Notes: generated by a model from the letters alone, not told the origin. Shown: positions 38,242-52,738, numbered from the whole stretch's first letter. The stretch is DNA of 62,498 nucleotides, filler included, from Pirum gemmata (GCA_002812295.1; 16 parts of 16 records of this genome joined end to end with filler, not necessarily neighbours in it); one strand, 5' to 3'. Made by a program: numbers and translations.

Positions 38242-38329
<88 letters not shown>

Positions 38330-38613
38330 CATTATACCAAAGTTTTAAGCAAAAGCTAACTAGTATGTATTTTATAGTAATAATAGCAGTAGCACTGTAG
38401 TAGTGCACTGTAGTAGTATGATTTTAACAATATTATACTAGTAGAATATATATATTATCTGATCTGTGTAATAATGGAATATAATACTGTATGACCAATA
38501 ACAAAAGAAGAGTAATAGAAGTATAATATAAATAGTAGTAGTGGTGGTGGTAGTAGAAGTAGAAGTAGAAGTAGAAGTAGTAGAAGTAGTGGTAGTAGTA
38601 GTAGTAGTAGTAC

Positions 38614-38660
<47 letters not shown>

Positions 38661-39103
38661 ATAGTAGTAGTAGTAGTAGAAGTATTACTATTGGTAGTGA
38701 CTACTTATTTATTAATCTAATAAACAATCTGTAAATATATATTATAATATTGTACTATATTATATAGTCTATATATGAAGCACTGGGCGGCGGCCCGGGC
38801 CGATACTTCGGCCCGGTTACCCATATTTTTGTCGCGGAGGCGATTTCTCGCCAACCATAAACGCTACAGCTAACGCTACGGAGCACTACGGAGCTAAAAA
38901 TATGTCGAGAAGAAAGGTATTTATCTCTCTCTACTTTCAGATAAAATACTGATAATAAAAAAAAAATGATACATACCAGCGTGCATGAGAGCAAAAAGAA
39001 GCAAGGGATATCGGTTTTCTAAATTAGGAAATNNNNNNNNNNNNNNNNNNNNNNNNNNNNNNNNNNNNNNNNNNNNNNNNNNNNNNNNNNNNNNNNNNNN
39101 NNN

Positions 39104-39153
<50 letters not shown>

Positions 39154-39219
39154 TTAGTATTATTATTATATTTGTTAATATTAATAATAATAATAATAAT
39201 ATAATTAATATTATTGCTG

Positions 39220-39427
39220 TTATGAACCATTAAAACCTGCTTTTCCCGATTCCATTTCTTCTGCAAAAGATGATGCAGCATCTTGACCACTTCCTCGTCC
39301 GGCTAACATTGCCGCAGTAGATTTTACCATAGAGGAAACGCCTGTCGAAACACCAATCACATCTTCTTTCAATTCTTCGACTACTTTGGAAACTAAACCA
39401 TTATCTTTACTTTCTTCACCACTCATT
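39220..39427 (-). CDS. Probable terminal exon or small ORF of an unknown protein
   Basis: Pyrimidine tract plus TTAG acceptor immediately before an open 68-aa complex frame ending in TAA. Confidence 0.55.
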
Positions 39428-42400
39428 CTAACGGACAGAAGAAAAAATAAACCAAAGTCCTAAATTAAAAGGTGGAAATAAGGTAAATAGTTGAAAATGA
39501 AAACGAAAAACTATAATATGATATATCGGTATATTTACAAATATAATATTATCATAATATATTACATTAAAAAACTTAGAGCTAGATAGCTTTTTTTCCA
39601 GATTTATTTTACTATTTGAGCATACCGAGGGTTAATAATAATATCATAATATTATTATCATAAATAAAAAAATAATAGATCTAGTAATAATAATCAAGCT
39701 TCACTCAAGTTTCTTACTTTTTAGAAATTTTTTTTTTCTTTTATGATGATAATAATATTATTATGACATTGTAAAAAATAAAAAACCAAGCCGGATAAAA
39801 CTAGTCTAGACTATATAAACGGGGTCTAGCTAGAGCTAGAGTCAGCTAGAGTCTGGAGCCGGGAGGGCCAACTAGCCAAATTGTTTTTAAAATCTAGCTA
39901 TTGGTTCATAATAGAGTTTTCTTAGTTAAAAACGTTTTCTCAAATTTTGGTAGCACTTATCTTTTAAGCGTTAGGGTTAGGGTTAGGGTTAGGGTTGGGT
40001 TAGGGTTAGGGTTAGGGTTAGAGGGTTAGGGTTTAATAATAGGGTTAGGGTTATGATTCCAAAGAGACACAAAGTTTTTAGTTTCTTTACCTGACCTCAG
40101 TCACCTCACCATTGTGTCATACGATACCTTTCTTTACAGCCTTTCTTTACTTTTAAAAATTATTTTATGAATTTCCACCTCCAAAACAGCTATCTGGTCT
40201 TTTACACTTTCTTGCAGAGGTGCTTTTTATTGTGTTTTTAAATATCATAACAAAGGTTTAATATTGGGATTCATTGTTTTCTTGATCTACATGTACAGTC
40301 GGAGGTGATGCTATTATTGCTATTGCTGTTGTTACTGTTGCTGTAGTAGTAGTGGTGGTGGTTGCAATTGTAGTAGCAGTATTAATATTAATACTTGCAG
40401 TAGAAGTACTATTAATAGTAGAAGTAGTAGTAGTACTAGTTGTTGTTGCTGTTGATTTGGTGGTGTAGTATATATTAATATTTAATAGTATTATTATATT
40501 ATACGTTCAGTATTAATAGTAGCTTTTGTATTAATATATATACGTATTAATTTTAATATTATGCTGCTGCTTGAGCACAGATTTCTCTAGCGATTTATTT
40601 TTTCGTTATTGTACGAGTAACTTTAATTTTAACTCATTTATTAATATTTTAATATTTATTAATTTTAATATAGCTTCATCTGAGTTCATCATTGTATTTA
40701 ATTTTCTTCCATATTCCATTATAACGCGCTTGTACCTCTAGATATTTTAACTTTTTTGCTTCCTTAAAAGCTTTATAAGATTATTTATGTATTACCAACC
40801 TTTTGATTTCTTCATACTTGTTATTATCAGATGTGATTAATTTAGTTTTCCGGGGTATAGACCAGTATAGACGGTCTATAGGTGGAGTATTATCAGCTAG
40901 TCTGCTATGCTAGCTAGCTAATAGTAGTCTATGAGTTATTATAGGCATTGATAGTTGGTAGATGCTGGCAGGATACTGGCAACAGTTGGTAAAGTGTTGG
41001 TAAGTAGACCTATTATTCTATATAAAACTGCTGTTATTTTTATTATTATAAAATATATTAGGTTTCATTGGCCTAATATCAAGAAAAAAAAATATCATCT
41101 TTGTTTTTTTTCTTGATTTTTTTTGTCTATGCATAATACAGAGAAACAGAGAAAATCTGCTGCTTTTTTGACTTACTTTTGGTACTCAGACTTGGTAAAA
41201 AATGGCTCGAAAATTGGTAGTCTGACTGTCTCACTCTAAAATAACCAACATCAGAAAAAGTAAAAAACATAATCTAGAAAACTAATGTATTTCATTTATA
41301 AATGATATTATTATGATATTATTATGATATTATTTTAAAATGAGTAGTCAACCAATATTAAAATGTTTCCTTACCAATACTTGCTAATTGTGGAATACAA
41401 TCATGACACAATCAAAAATCTTAGTATTTAAAAAATATTTTAAAATATCTGTATAAGTTCTTATAATGTTACTAAAACCAAAAACGAAACTCTAATAAGA
41501 AACAAAATCGAAAAAACATTAAATACGTGTTGCCAATTTAAAAAAAATTAGGTTTTAATTAAAAAACATTCGTTAAAATTGCAATATAATGCTATTGTGG
41601 TTGTATAATGAGAAATTTTTTAGTAATTTGATTATAAGTAACGTTAATTAACGTTTGGTTTAAAACAGCTATCCAAATATAATGCAATTATAATTATTCA
41701 TTACCTCCAATAATTATGAAATTACCTGGCCACGATGGATAGCTCACACTGTTCAATTTTTTCATAGTACAGCTTTAAAGTTTAACCCTAACCCTTACCA
41801 ACGATACATTTGGGGACCAAGTAATATATTAATATTAATTATATTATAATTTAATTTTCCGTTAATTAATAAAATGGAATCCAGAACTACTTACGGGAAC
41901 AGCTTTAATTAACAGAATTAAAATGGAATCCAGAACTGCTTACGGGAACAGCTTTAGTTAACAATATATAAATTATTACTAATATACTTAACCTTAATAA
42001 TTTGAGACTACACAAAACTGATATTTTAATATCATTTTTTATATTCATAAATGGCCAGCACAACACACCAACGCTTATTACTACCACACAACTACCACAC
42101 TACCTTTTGCAACCCCTCTAAATTTCTCTATATATTAATACCGGTATTAATATAGACCCGGTCTATATTAATATATATCGAGTCAGATCCACTGTCCACG
42201 ATATCCATCCAAAAATCAGATATATTAAATTATAATGCATCATATATAATATATATATAATGTATTAATATACATATCTACTAGAAACTGGCTCTAGTAG
42301 TTGTCATTCAGATTGATGTTTCAGCTTTCCAGATAACTATATATAATAATTAAAAATAAACAAAAAATGTACATGTGTCGGCGCAACCAAAGAAACACCT

Positions 42401-42467
42401 TTAAAACTTTAATAAAATAATCTGAATTTAATTTGGGGAAAACTAAGCCGAAAAAAGAGCTTTTATA

Positions 42468-42518
<51 letters not shown>

Positions 42519-45500
42519 NNNNNNNNNNNNNNNNNNNNNNNNNNNNNNNNNNNNNNNNNNNNTTAATTAATTAANNNNNNNNNNNNNNNNNNNNNNNNNN
42601 NNNNNNNNNNNNNNNNNNTTATAATAATTAATAATAATAATAATAATTAATAATAATAATAATTAATAATAATATTATTATTAATAATATATACGATATT
42701 GAGACACTTGATTCTTTGAGACCAAATATTGATCCTCAAACATTTTAGCCACTTTACATTGGTGAATGACCTGAGGGTGAACGACTAGGCTAGCTAGCTC
42801 TACCTAGTGGTCCACTAGATCCGTTAGGGTTAGGGTTAGGGTTAGGGTACGAGCTAGCTCTACTATCATAGCTAGCTAGTAGCTAGTTAGTTAGTAGCTT
42901 AGTAGCCTCTACTATGCATAGAGAGTCAGAAAAATGAAAACATTCCTAATTCTTTTTGACGAATGATAATTGAATGATTCAGAATGGCACTATTTTGTTT
43001 CAAGATCGTTTCAAATCCTGATTCCAGTAAAGGAAGGGTTAGGCTTTTAGCTTCAGATCCACTATACAAACCAATTTTTTAAAAGCATCAACAAAAATAA
43101 TTAAAAAATAACGATTGGCTTTTTCAATAATATTTTTTATAAATATAGAAAAAAGTATAGTAGAAAAATCCAATCCAGCTAGGGCAGTGTTAGGAAGCTG
43201 TTAGGGCCTAGCTAGCAGCTATGATAGCTAATTTCTAACTAGACGTCGCCATTTTTATCCGGCTTGGTAGACTCTTGGTAGTTACCACTTTTGGACTGCA
43301 CTTTTTTTGTACATGGACCGATGAATGACCGATGAATGACCGATGACATGATAAAGCATGATAAATATCATAGGCTCATTCATAGCATTATCATATCTGG
43401 TAACATTATCATACACACCTTAGTAGCTAGCTAGCACATTTAGCCCAATAATGACCTACCAATATTCTCTCTGCAATAAGGCAATAATAAATTCGTGGGT
43501 TAGTGGTCAATGTAAAATTTTTTTTTTTATAAGGCTATCAGATACTTTCGATCTGAAACTAGCGATCTGAAAATTTCTCAGGAAAATTACTGGACTAGTT
43601 CATGAACTTCATTTATTAGACTACCTTTCAGAGAAACCTGACAATTTTTTTAGATTATTTATTTATTATTTTTTTATTTATTAATTATATCATATATAAA
43701 AAAATAAAATAAAATAACAAAAGAAATTTCAAATAAATATTACATTATACTAATATTATCATGTGATTGTAACAGTATTTCTTTTCTTTTCTTTTCTTTT
43801 TTTCTAATAAATGATGATGTTGCTGTAAATGGATAGTCATCTAGGGCTAGTCTTGTGTGAGCCATGTGTGGCTTTAAATAAAAGCAACGCAAGTATGTAT
43901 ATAATATACATTATTAAATATCCAATTAAAATAAAAAATAAAATTTTATTATACATTTTAAAAACGGTCCACATAGTAAAATTTTAAAAAATTGGTCTCG
44001 ATTTCCAATGTTTCTGCAAATAGATAAACACCTAGATATAAGCTAATTATACATAATTGTCTTGGCGTATACAGCAAAAGTTACTGTTACTGTTATAATT
44101 AATTATGAAAAATGTTAAAATTATATTTTACGATTGGTAGACACGATTTATTATTATTACTATTATCGTCTATTTTATTGCAGTTGTCCTCTCAATCTTT
44201 AATTTGGCACTATTTAAGTGTATAATTGAACTTGTTGTTTATAAAATACAACATCAAGTATAAAATACCAAATTAATTAAAACATATCTGATAGTTTAGC
44301 CACAACGTTTATTTCAGTTTTTGAACCGAACAACAATATTGAAAAACACGATACTATTAATGTTATTAATTAAAATGTAGCTAAATTTAAAAAAAATAGT
44401 TGAAATTTTCACTTGAACAGCAAATTATAAGACCAGTCAACGGATCACGAACTATATTATAACCATCAACGTTTAATTGAAAAACGATTCTAAACGATTA
44501 AAAAGAAATTAACTGGATATTTATACTTTTCAAGGGATTTTTAATTGTAATGTTATTATAATAATTAGTTATTCATTTAAAATATCTTAATTAAAAAGAG
44601 ACAACTATTCTACTATCATATTATTACTTACCAAGGCACTACAATGTCATGTTGTGTGGTTTATTATTAAACGAAAAGATCCCCACCTTCTCTAGATCTA
44701 CTATTGCCTCTACTAATACTATTAGCTATAATTATAATTAATTAAATTACTACTACGCACTGCTACTGTATAGAAAGAACTGTAGTGTAGTATTAAAACT
44801 ACTAGCTTCTAAGCTACTGAGGATTATTTTTACTTATTAATAAAAATTATATTTTCATATTTTGATTTACAGAAATAAATTACAATTATTAAATTAAAAA
44901 AAAAAAAATATTTATTTAAAAGTAAAGCTATTTTCTTCTAAAAAAAGTATATCATATGATAAATATATAATGATAATAGCTATGGTAATTTGGGTACTTG
45001 ATAATGAATGGAAATAGTTGCACTTTTCTATAAAATGAAAACTAGATAATTAATATATTTACTATCATGATATATATTTCAATTAATAGTTCATTGATTA
45101 TAATTACAATTTACAACAGCCAGCATCAAAAATAACATTTTTTTGTGTTTCTTCTTGACTATTATTATTATTATTATAATTTATAATAATATTAATTAAA
45201 ATATAATATAATATTATTGATTTTTTTCTTGGTTTCGAAAAAGACTGCTCCTTTGAGACTTTGAAATTTTGAAATGCAGTTTTTTAGGTCTTTGTAAAGG
45301 CCTGCGTTTTTTTGTCCAATGTAGTGTTCTCTGATATCTAGACTGTCTGTAGAAACTGTAGAAAGGTCTTGTTGAGCTAATTAAATATATCAAGGACTTC
45401 AAATTGAAGTCCTTGAATATATCCAATAAAATTTTTAAATATTTTTTTTTAATAATGACTTTATTAAAATATTTTAAAATATTGAATATTGAATTAAGAA

Positions 45501-45967
45501 AAACAATTATTTGAAAATTTCGAATTTTGGATGAAATTAGGCGCCCCTGTCAGCAAAAAATGTTGTTTAAATTATCAATTTTCATTGGTCAAATCCCAAT
45601 TTTTATTTGTAGGCTATGAAAGACGGGTACTTTTTTTCTATTATGACGTAGGTACAATTTATGTTGATTTGTGTTCGAAAATGAAACAAATTATAGGTAT
45701 CGAGCTAAAAAACAAATCCTAATTTGGAATAAAAAAAAAAAGCCTTTTTTTGGCAATTTTTTTTCAGGGGAAGTAATTAGTAAAAAAATCTAGATAGTCT
45801 AGATTTATTTTTTTTTGCTTTAGTTTAGCTTTTGTGAGCTTAAAGTAATAATCAAGCAGCAAAATATAAGTGTTTTTATAGAATGGATAAATGATGTTAT
45901 GAAGCCGTTTTAAAATTTTTTTTTGAAAAAACGCAAGGTCACATGATGCATAAAAATTGAGTAGCGC

Positions 45968-46000
<33 letters not shown>

Positions 46001-47247
46001 NNNNNNNNNNNNNNNNNNNNNNNNNNNNNNNNNNNNNNNNNNNNTTAATTAATTAANNNNNNNNNNNNNNNNNNNNNNNNNNNNNNNNNNNNNNNNNNNN
46101 ATTTTATTATATATTTATATATTTAAAAGTATCAATTTAAATATTATAACCAACCAAATAAAATAAATGAAAAGCACAATACTAGAAGGATAAATTGAAC
46201 CCTATTACTTAATGAGGTTAGGGTTATTTAGGGTTTAGGGTTAGGATTAGGGTTTAGGGTTAGGGTAGGGCTTTAGGGTTAGGGCCAGGGTTAGGGTTAT
46301 AATTAGGGTTAGGGTTATAATTAGGGTTAGGGTTAGGGTTAGGGTTAGGGTAAGGGTTAGGGTTAGGGTTAGGGTTAGGTTTAGGTTTAGGTTTAGAGTT
46401 ATAATCAGGGTTATAATTAGCGTTATAATTAGCGTTATGGTTACGGTTACTGTTAGGAATTAAAGGGTACCGGTAGGATATGAAACTAAGAAATTGTTTT
46501 GTTTGTTGTGAGAGGTAAGTTGCGGTATTTGGAATACAATCACATTCACAATAATTATTTCCATTTTTAAAAAACTTGTAGAATCCAGCTAGCTAGACCT
46601 CTTCCTCTTACGCATAGTCTCCTATCCAGTCTATGTTTCCACTGGTGGTAGGCCTCATGGTCTCAATAGTTCCAGTACTTAGTCATCATAAAATATAATT
46701 TACAATAAATGCATTAAAAATTTTATTTCATTTATTTTGGCATAATTTATTAACTATTAAAATTTTATTCATTTAATTAAAAATGTCAATTTAAAGGTTA
46801 TAACCTACCAAATAAATATTATTCAGATTGACAAAATAAAATAAATGAAAAGCAAAATAATCTTAGTTTTTTTTATTTGTTTTTTGTTTTGTTTTTTGTT
46901 TTGTTTTTAGTTTTTTGTTTTGTTTTTTGTTTTTTGTTTTTTGTTATTATTTTTTAAGATTATTATTCTAATGATTATTATTATTGAAAAACAATTTTAA
47001 ACCCACAAAAAATAAAAACCACGCTATCAATAATATTAAATAGCTAATATAATATATATTTTTTTAAAAAATAAAAAATGTAAAAAAAAATAAAAAATAA
47101 AAAAAATAAAATATAATATAAAAAAATAAAAAAAATTAATTAATTTTAATAATAAAAAAATAAAAATAATTCAAAAATCAATTTTATATAAATATATATG
47201 CATAATAATATTATATAAAAATTTATTAATTAATTAAAGAAATAATA

Positions 47248-48141
47248 ATGATTTTTATAAATAATAAACACCATATTAAATTTAGTAGTTTACTCGTTTT
47301 AATCAATAGCCTGGCATGGATTACAGTATGTCTTGCAGCACCACCTGCCCATATTCACATTCCCAAACTCCCACTCCCCTTACCCCACCCAAGTGAAGAT
47401 GGACCCCAAGCTTACCGCCAAACCAACCATGGTAACCGTCAAACTAATCATGGTAATACTCGATTGGAACACCGATCAAAGCCTTTTTTACACGACATGG
47501 ATATGAAAATAATGATGGAACACCGCCAACCTCAACGAAAAGAACGTAAAATTTACATGTTTGTAGATAACCCTGAAAAAAAGATTCAATTTGAAAAAAA
47601 ATTACTTGAGAAATCACCTAAAGAACGAAAGGAAATTTTACACAAACGTAAATTTGAAGAAAAGCAATTTATTAAAAATAAAAGATTTTGGACTGTGAAA
47701 AAACATGGGGTTCAATATTATTTATTCACCGCGTTACCCAAACCACCATCTCACTCCTCAAGATCATCATCACCATCCCCAACGACAGAGGATGTTGCAC
47801 CTGTACTGTCCGCTTTAGAGACTTTTTCAGAAACAGAAGTTTTCCCACCTTTTGGCCAAGGTGTACTGGGAATTTCCCTAACAGCGTCTTCGTCAGAAGC
47901 TTCTTCGTCAAGCTCTTCATTATCATCTTTAGGAAGTGCTACTACTGCAACATCTGGGCACAATGGTTTGGAAACCATTAGCGAAAAAGCTGAACATATG
48001 GAATCAGTTGTATTACCCTTTGTAGCAGGAAGAGCAGAAAGAAGGAAACCAGTTATTAAAGAAAAAGAGGTGGAAGTAGTTGGCGGTGTAAATAAGAAAG
48101 GGGATTGTTTTTTTGATTGTTTTACAGCAAAAACTAAATAA
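47248..48141 (+). CDS. Intronless 297-aa predicted secreted orphan protein (signal peptide, P/H-rich, K/E-rich helix, Ser-rich, C-terminal DCFFDCF)
   Basis: ATG to TAA; hydrophobic FSSLLVLINSLAWITVCLA; GC well above the flanks. Confidence 0.8.
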   Translation: MIFINNKHHIKFSSLLVLINSLAWITVCLAAPPAHIHIPKLPLPLPHPSEDGPQAYRQTNHGNRQTNHGNTRLEHRSKPFLHDMDMKIMMEHRQPQRKERKIYMFVDNPEKKIQFEKKLLEKSPKERKEILHKRKFEEKQFIKNKRFWTVKKHGVQYYLFTALPKPPSHSSRSSSPSPTTEDVAPVLSALETFSETEVFPPFGQGVLGISLTASSSEASSSSSSLSSLGSATTATSGHNGLETISEKAEHMESVVLPFVAGRAERRKPVIKEKEVEVVGGVNKKGDCFFDCFTAKTK

Positions 48142-48184
48142 AATTTAAATTTGTAAACGTAATCTGAGAATGTTCACTAATTTC

Positions 48185-49135
48185 ATAGTTATTTATTTTT
48201 ACCAAAAGTGTAAACAAAAACTACAATTTAAGGAATAACTACACTATTGGGGGTCATCCAAATTATTATTTGGCATTCTTTATGCGCAGAAAAATAACAT
48301 ACTAGGATACACTAAAAAAAATACTTATGCGCAGAAAAATAATATACTAGGATACACTAAAAAAAATACCCATTTAATTAATAAATAAATAATTTCTCAC
48401 TTATTATCCGGGATAAAATGAATTACCAAAATAAATAATAATTTGTAAGGCATAAACCAAAAAAGGTTTAGTTTCACAAAATTCAATATAGGAATAAATT
48501 TATAGTTATTTATTTTAGCAAAAAAGTAAACAAAATCTACAATTTTTAAGGAATAACTACACTATTAGGTGTTTTTTTTTCTTCATCCAAATTATTGTTT
48601 GGTATTCTTTTTGCGCCGAATAATACATAAGAAATTAAGTAGTTTATTAAGCGGGTATTTTTTAGTCTCTCCAAGTGAGGTTTTTTCATAAATAACACAC
48701 TAGGAGACACTAAAAAATACCCATTTAATAAATTACTAATTTCTCACTTATTGTCCAGGATAAAATGAATTACCAAAATAATAATTTGTAAGGCATAAAC
48801 CAAAAACGTTTAGTATCCCAAATATAGGAAGAAATTTATAGTTATTTATTTTACCAAAAAAGTAAACATAAACTACAATTTAAGGAATAACTACACTATT
48901 GGGTGGTATTCTTTTTGCGCCGAATAATACATAAGGTTTATTAAATGGGTATTTTTTAGAGTTTCCCCAAGTGTGTTTTTTTCATAAATAACATAGTTGG
49001 AGGCACTAAACAATACCCATTTAATAAACTACTTATTTCTCACTTATCACCCAGAACAAAATGAATTACCAAAATATTAATTTGTATGGCATAAACCAAA
49101 ACATTTTAGTATCCCAAATATAGGGACACATTTAT
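48185..49135 (+). repeat. Three-unit tandem repeat (~320-340 bp) immediately downstream of the 297-aa gene
   Basis: ATAGTTATTTATTTT...TAAGGAATAACTACACTATT...AAAATGAATTACCAAAATA...GGCATAAACCAAAA at ~48185, 48502 and 48838. Confidence 0.85.
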
Positions 49136-49431
49136 TGTTCCATTTCTATAAATAGTAACATTTATCCTTAACTTGTAATTTTTGTTCACTTTTTTTGAAA
49201 AAATAAAAATATAAATACCCATAAATGTATATTGTCAACCAAATTTGAAAAAATAAAAACAGCGCTAAACCCCCATTGTAAAAAGTGCCAAATTAATTTT
49301 AAAAACGACATTTTGTTAGGAGCATTAGAATTATCTTCCAATAAACATATCTACCCGAATATTTATTGGAATACCCAAAATAAATTATTTATGACTATTC
49401 CTGATATGGATGAAAAAATAATTAATCTAGC

Positions 49432-49473
<42 letters not shown>

Positions 49474-49581
49474 AATTAATANNNNNNNNNNNNNNNNNNN
49501 NNNNNNNNNNNNNNNNNNNNNNNNNTTAATTAATTAANNNNNNNNNNNNNNNNNNNNNNNNNNNNNNNNNNNNNNNNNNNN

Positions 49582-49612
<31 letters not shown>

Positions 49613-49753
49613 ATGGACATTGGTGTGGGTGTTGGTGCGTTAGCTCTCGTGGTAGCCGTTGGTTCGGATGGCAGGCGTTAGTGTGTTGGTGTGTGTTGGT
49701 GTGTGTTGGTGTGTGTTGGTGTGTTGGTGTGTTGGCAGTGGTGAAAGGGGTAC

Positions 49754-49905
49754 CAAAGTATAACAAGACGTATCGTTTGCAAATATAATTTTTCCGTTTT
49801 CAAGAACAAAATGTAAATCATAGGCCATGTCTTGTATGCAGCGCTTGACCAAGGACTTCGGATCCGCAGAAGTAGACTCTTCTATTGCTGATCCATTCTC
49901 TAACT
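49754..49905 (-). CDS. Probable exon encoding the start of a PAS-like domain
   Basis: LVKRCIQDMAYDLHFVLENGKIIFANDTSCYTL resembles the PAS A-beta/B-beta (D.G.I.Y.N.A...LG) pattern. TAG acceptor; weak GTACCC donor. Confidence 0.45.
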
Positions 49906-52738
49906 CTACCATTAAACATGGAACATATACAAACAATTAATAATAATAATAATAAAAATAATAATAATAAAGTTAACGAATGTCATGTTGCATAAATCTC
50001 AAACAGATCGGAAACTGTTGATTTTCAAATTATGAAACAACAAAAGTTATTAAAAAAAATTATAACTTAAGCTTTTGCAGTAACAAATGAACAAATGATA
50101 AATATACTAACCATGTTGGTTGGATATGTAGTCCAAAGTACATTCTAAAATTTTAGACACGTTACTTTTCATAAATCTAATCATATAAATTAAAAATAAT
50201 AAATCATAAAGTTTTTCAATTAAATTTTGTCATATGAGACTTATTGTAAACGGTTATTCGGTAATATNNNNNNNNNNNNNNNNNNNNNNNNNNNNNNNNN
50301 NNNNNNNNNNNNNNNNNTTTATGTTTATGTTTATGTTTATGTTTATGTTTATGTTTATGTTTATGTTTATGTTTAAGTTTATGTTTAAGTTTATGTTTAT
50401 GTTTATGTTTATGTTTATGTTTATGTTTGTGTTTGTGTTTGTGTTTGTGTTTGTGTATCGATAGTTGTGTTGTTGTTGTGTTGTTGTGTTGTTGTGTTAT
50501 GTTGTTCTTGTTTTTTTTTAAAAAAAGTAGACCGGAGCTATCTGGTACGAGCTATCATATCGATTGACAGGTATCATAGCTAAGTAGTCTGCGTAGTAGT
50601 AGTAGCTAGCTAGCTAGCTCTAGCTTAGTAGTATTGATAGTAGACTATCATAGTCTAACATAATCTATATAATGATATCACTACTAGTAGCTATGATAGC
50701 TAGCTAGCTAGCTATCAAAGGCAGCTATCAAAGAATAGACTGAGTGACAGGACTAAGTAACTACTAAGTAGGTCGGTCCGGTCCTTTGTTATGAATGCTC
50801 CCTAAAATCAGTCTAAAATCTTTAACTCTAACTAGCCAAATTATTTTAAAAAATTGGCCATTGGTTCATAATAGAGTTTTATTAGTTAAAATATTTCCCT
50901 AAATTTGGTAGTACTTTTATTAAAATTGGATTATTTTGGGATTTTTTGGATTTTGAGTCTTGTGTAGAATCACTGTAGATCTGTGTCCCATCCATGAGAC
51001 TGGTTTTGTCTCAAGGAAGGGGTGAGATATCTGGAACTTTTTTCGAAAAGATGCTTATCGAGCCAAACTTAGTTCCGTGTACTTCACTAATAATAACAGT
51101 TAACCGTAGCTTAAAAAATACTTTAAAATATTTTAAAATAGTAAATCTAATATAGTAGATACCAATTAAAGTAAAAATATTAACATTAATAGTAATAAAA
51201 ACCATAAATCGGAAAAGTTCCGACAGCCGTTCGGTAATAATAAAATGACGTCATCTCACCCCTACTGGAATCATCCATAAAAAGGTCGTCACCTAATCTA
51301 CCTATGCCTCTTTGTCCAAAACACTTTTGGTCATAATTTTTTAAAAAAAAGTTCATTTTACTGCCTAAAACAGTTTAAGCCACACTTTCGAGCAATGACT
51401 TCTATCAAAGAATAAGTGACGTCCTTTATGAACGTGCAATTCAGGTGCAATTCTTTTCTAAAAATCTTTTGGGTTTTTGAGCTCATATGATATGGGCTAA
51501 TAGACCTAGCTAGCTAGGCTCATCTAGCTAGGCTCTAGGTCTAGCTAGGCTCATAGACTAGACTATGGGGGACTCGCCATTTTTATCCGGGTAGACCTGG
51601 GTAAGAAAAAAAAAATTGTCACTCCCGAATATTTATTTGGTTGGTTATAATTTTTTAATTGCCATTGTTAAATGATTAAATGGATAATAAAATATACCAA
51701 ATTAAATGAAATGGATTTGTATTTTATTAATTTGGTACTCTTTATTGTATATTTTATAATGACAAAACAACTGAGAAGCACGATAATACTAAGTCTTTTA
51801 TATCTGCAAATGCTCTAATTTTCTAGTAGGTCTAACTACTAGCTAGTCTACTGCGAATTTGGTTAGACTACTACTAGCTAGCTACTAGTAGGGTGGGGGA
51901 TACATGGTCATACACCGACACAGTTATAAATGTATCCATGGACCATAGTCTAGGACAAAAATTTGCTTCACTGAAACTTTGGTATGATATCTATAGTGCT
52001 TTTCATTTATTTTGTCACTCTAAATATTTATTTGGTTGTTTATAATTTTTTAATTAACATTGTTAAATGAATAAATGGATAATAAAATATACCAAATTAA
52101 ATGAAATGGATTTGTAACAAAACAACTCAAAAGCGCTAGTCTAGACTAGAGGGGGTCTATAGCTAGCTAGCTCTAGTCCTAGGCTAGCTAGCTAGGGTTT
52201 GATAATTTGATAATAGACCTGGGGGTCTAGACTATCGACAAGTTATCGTGCTTTTCGGTTGTTTTATCATCATAAAATATACAAAAAAGAATACCAAATT
52301 AAATTTAATTAATACAATATAAATCCATTTCATTTAATTTGGTATATTTTTTAATATCTATTAAAAGTCATAACCACAAATATTTGGGGTGACGAAATAA
52401 ATGAAAAGCACAATAATTAATGATTTGATTGTCAGTAATAGTTCAAACTTGGTTGTGTAAGTCTGTAACTCCTAGCTAGCTAGCTAGAATCTAGCTACTA
52501 GCTAGCTAGAATCTAGCTACTAGCTAGCTAGCTAGCTATCATAGTAGTAGCTATGACAGCTACTAGGTAGCTAGTAGCTAGAGATATCGATATCATATTA
52601 TCAGCCCGTAGCCCCTCTCCAGGTGTAGTCTAAAAATCTGTACTACTCTCTATCTATCAGTCTATTTTTATCAATAGCTATTTCTAGCTATCATAGTACT
52701 AGCTAGTAGTATAGTAGTAGTATAGTCTACTACTTTCT

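Noticed and set aside
40060..40860. Minus-strand coding-like debris
   Set aside because: Many stops and no recognisable motif; cannot be assigned.
50575..50720. Pyrosequencing flow-order noise as the source of AGCT runs
   Set aside because: The 454 flow cycle TACG would give (TACG)n, not (TAGC)n. Other artefacts are not excluded.
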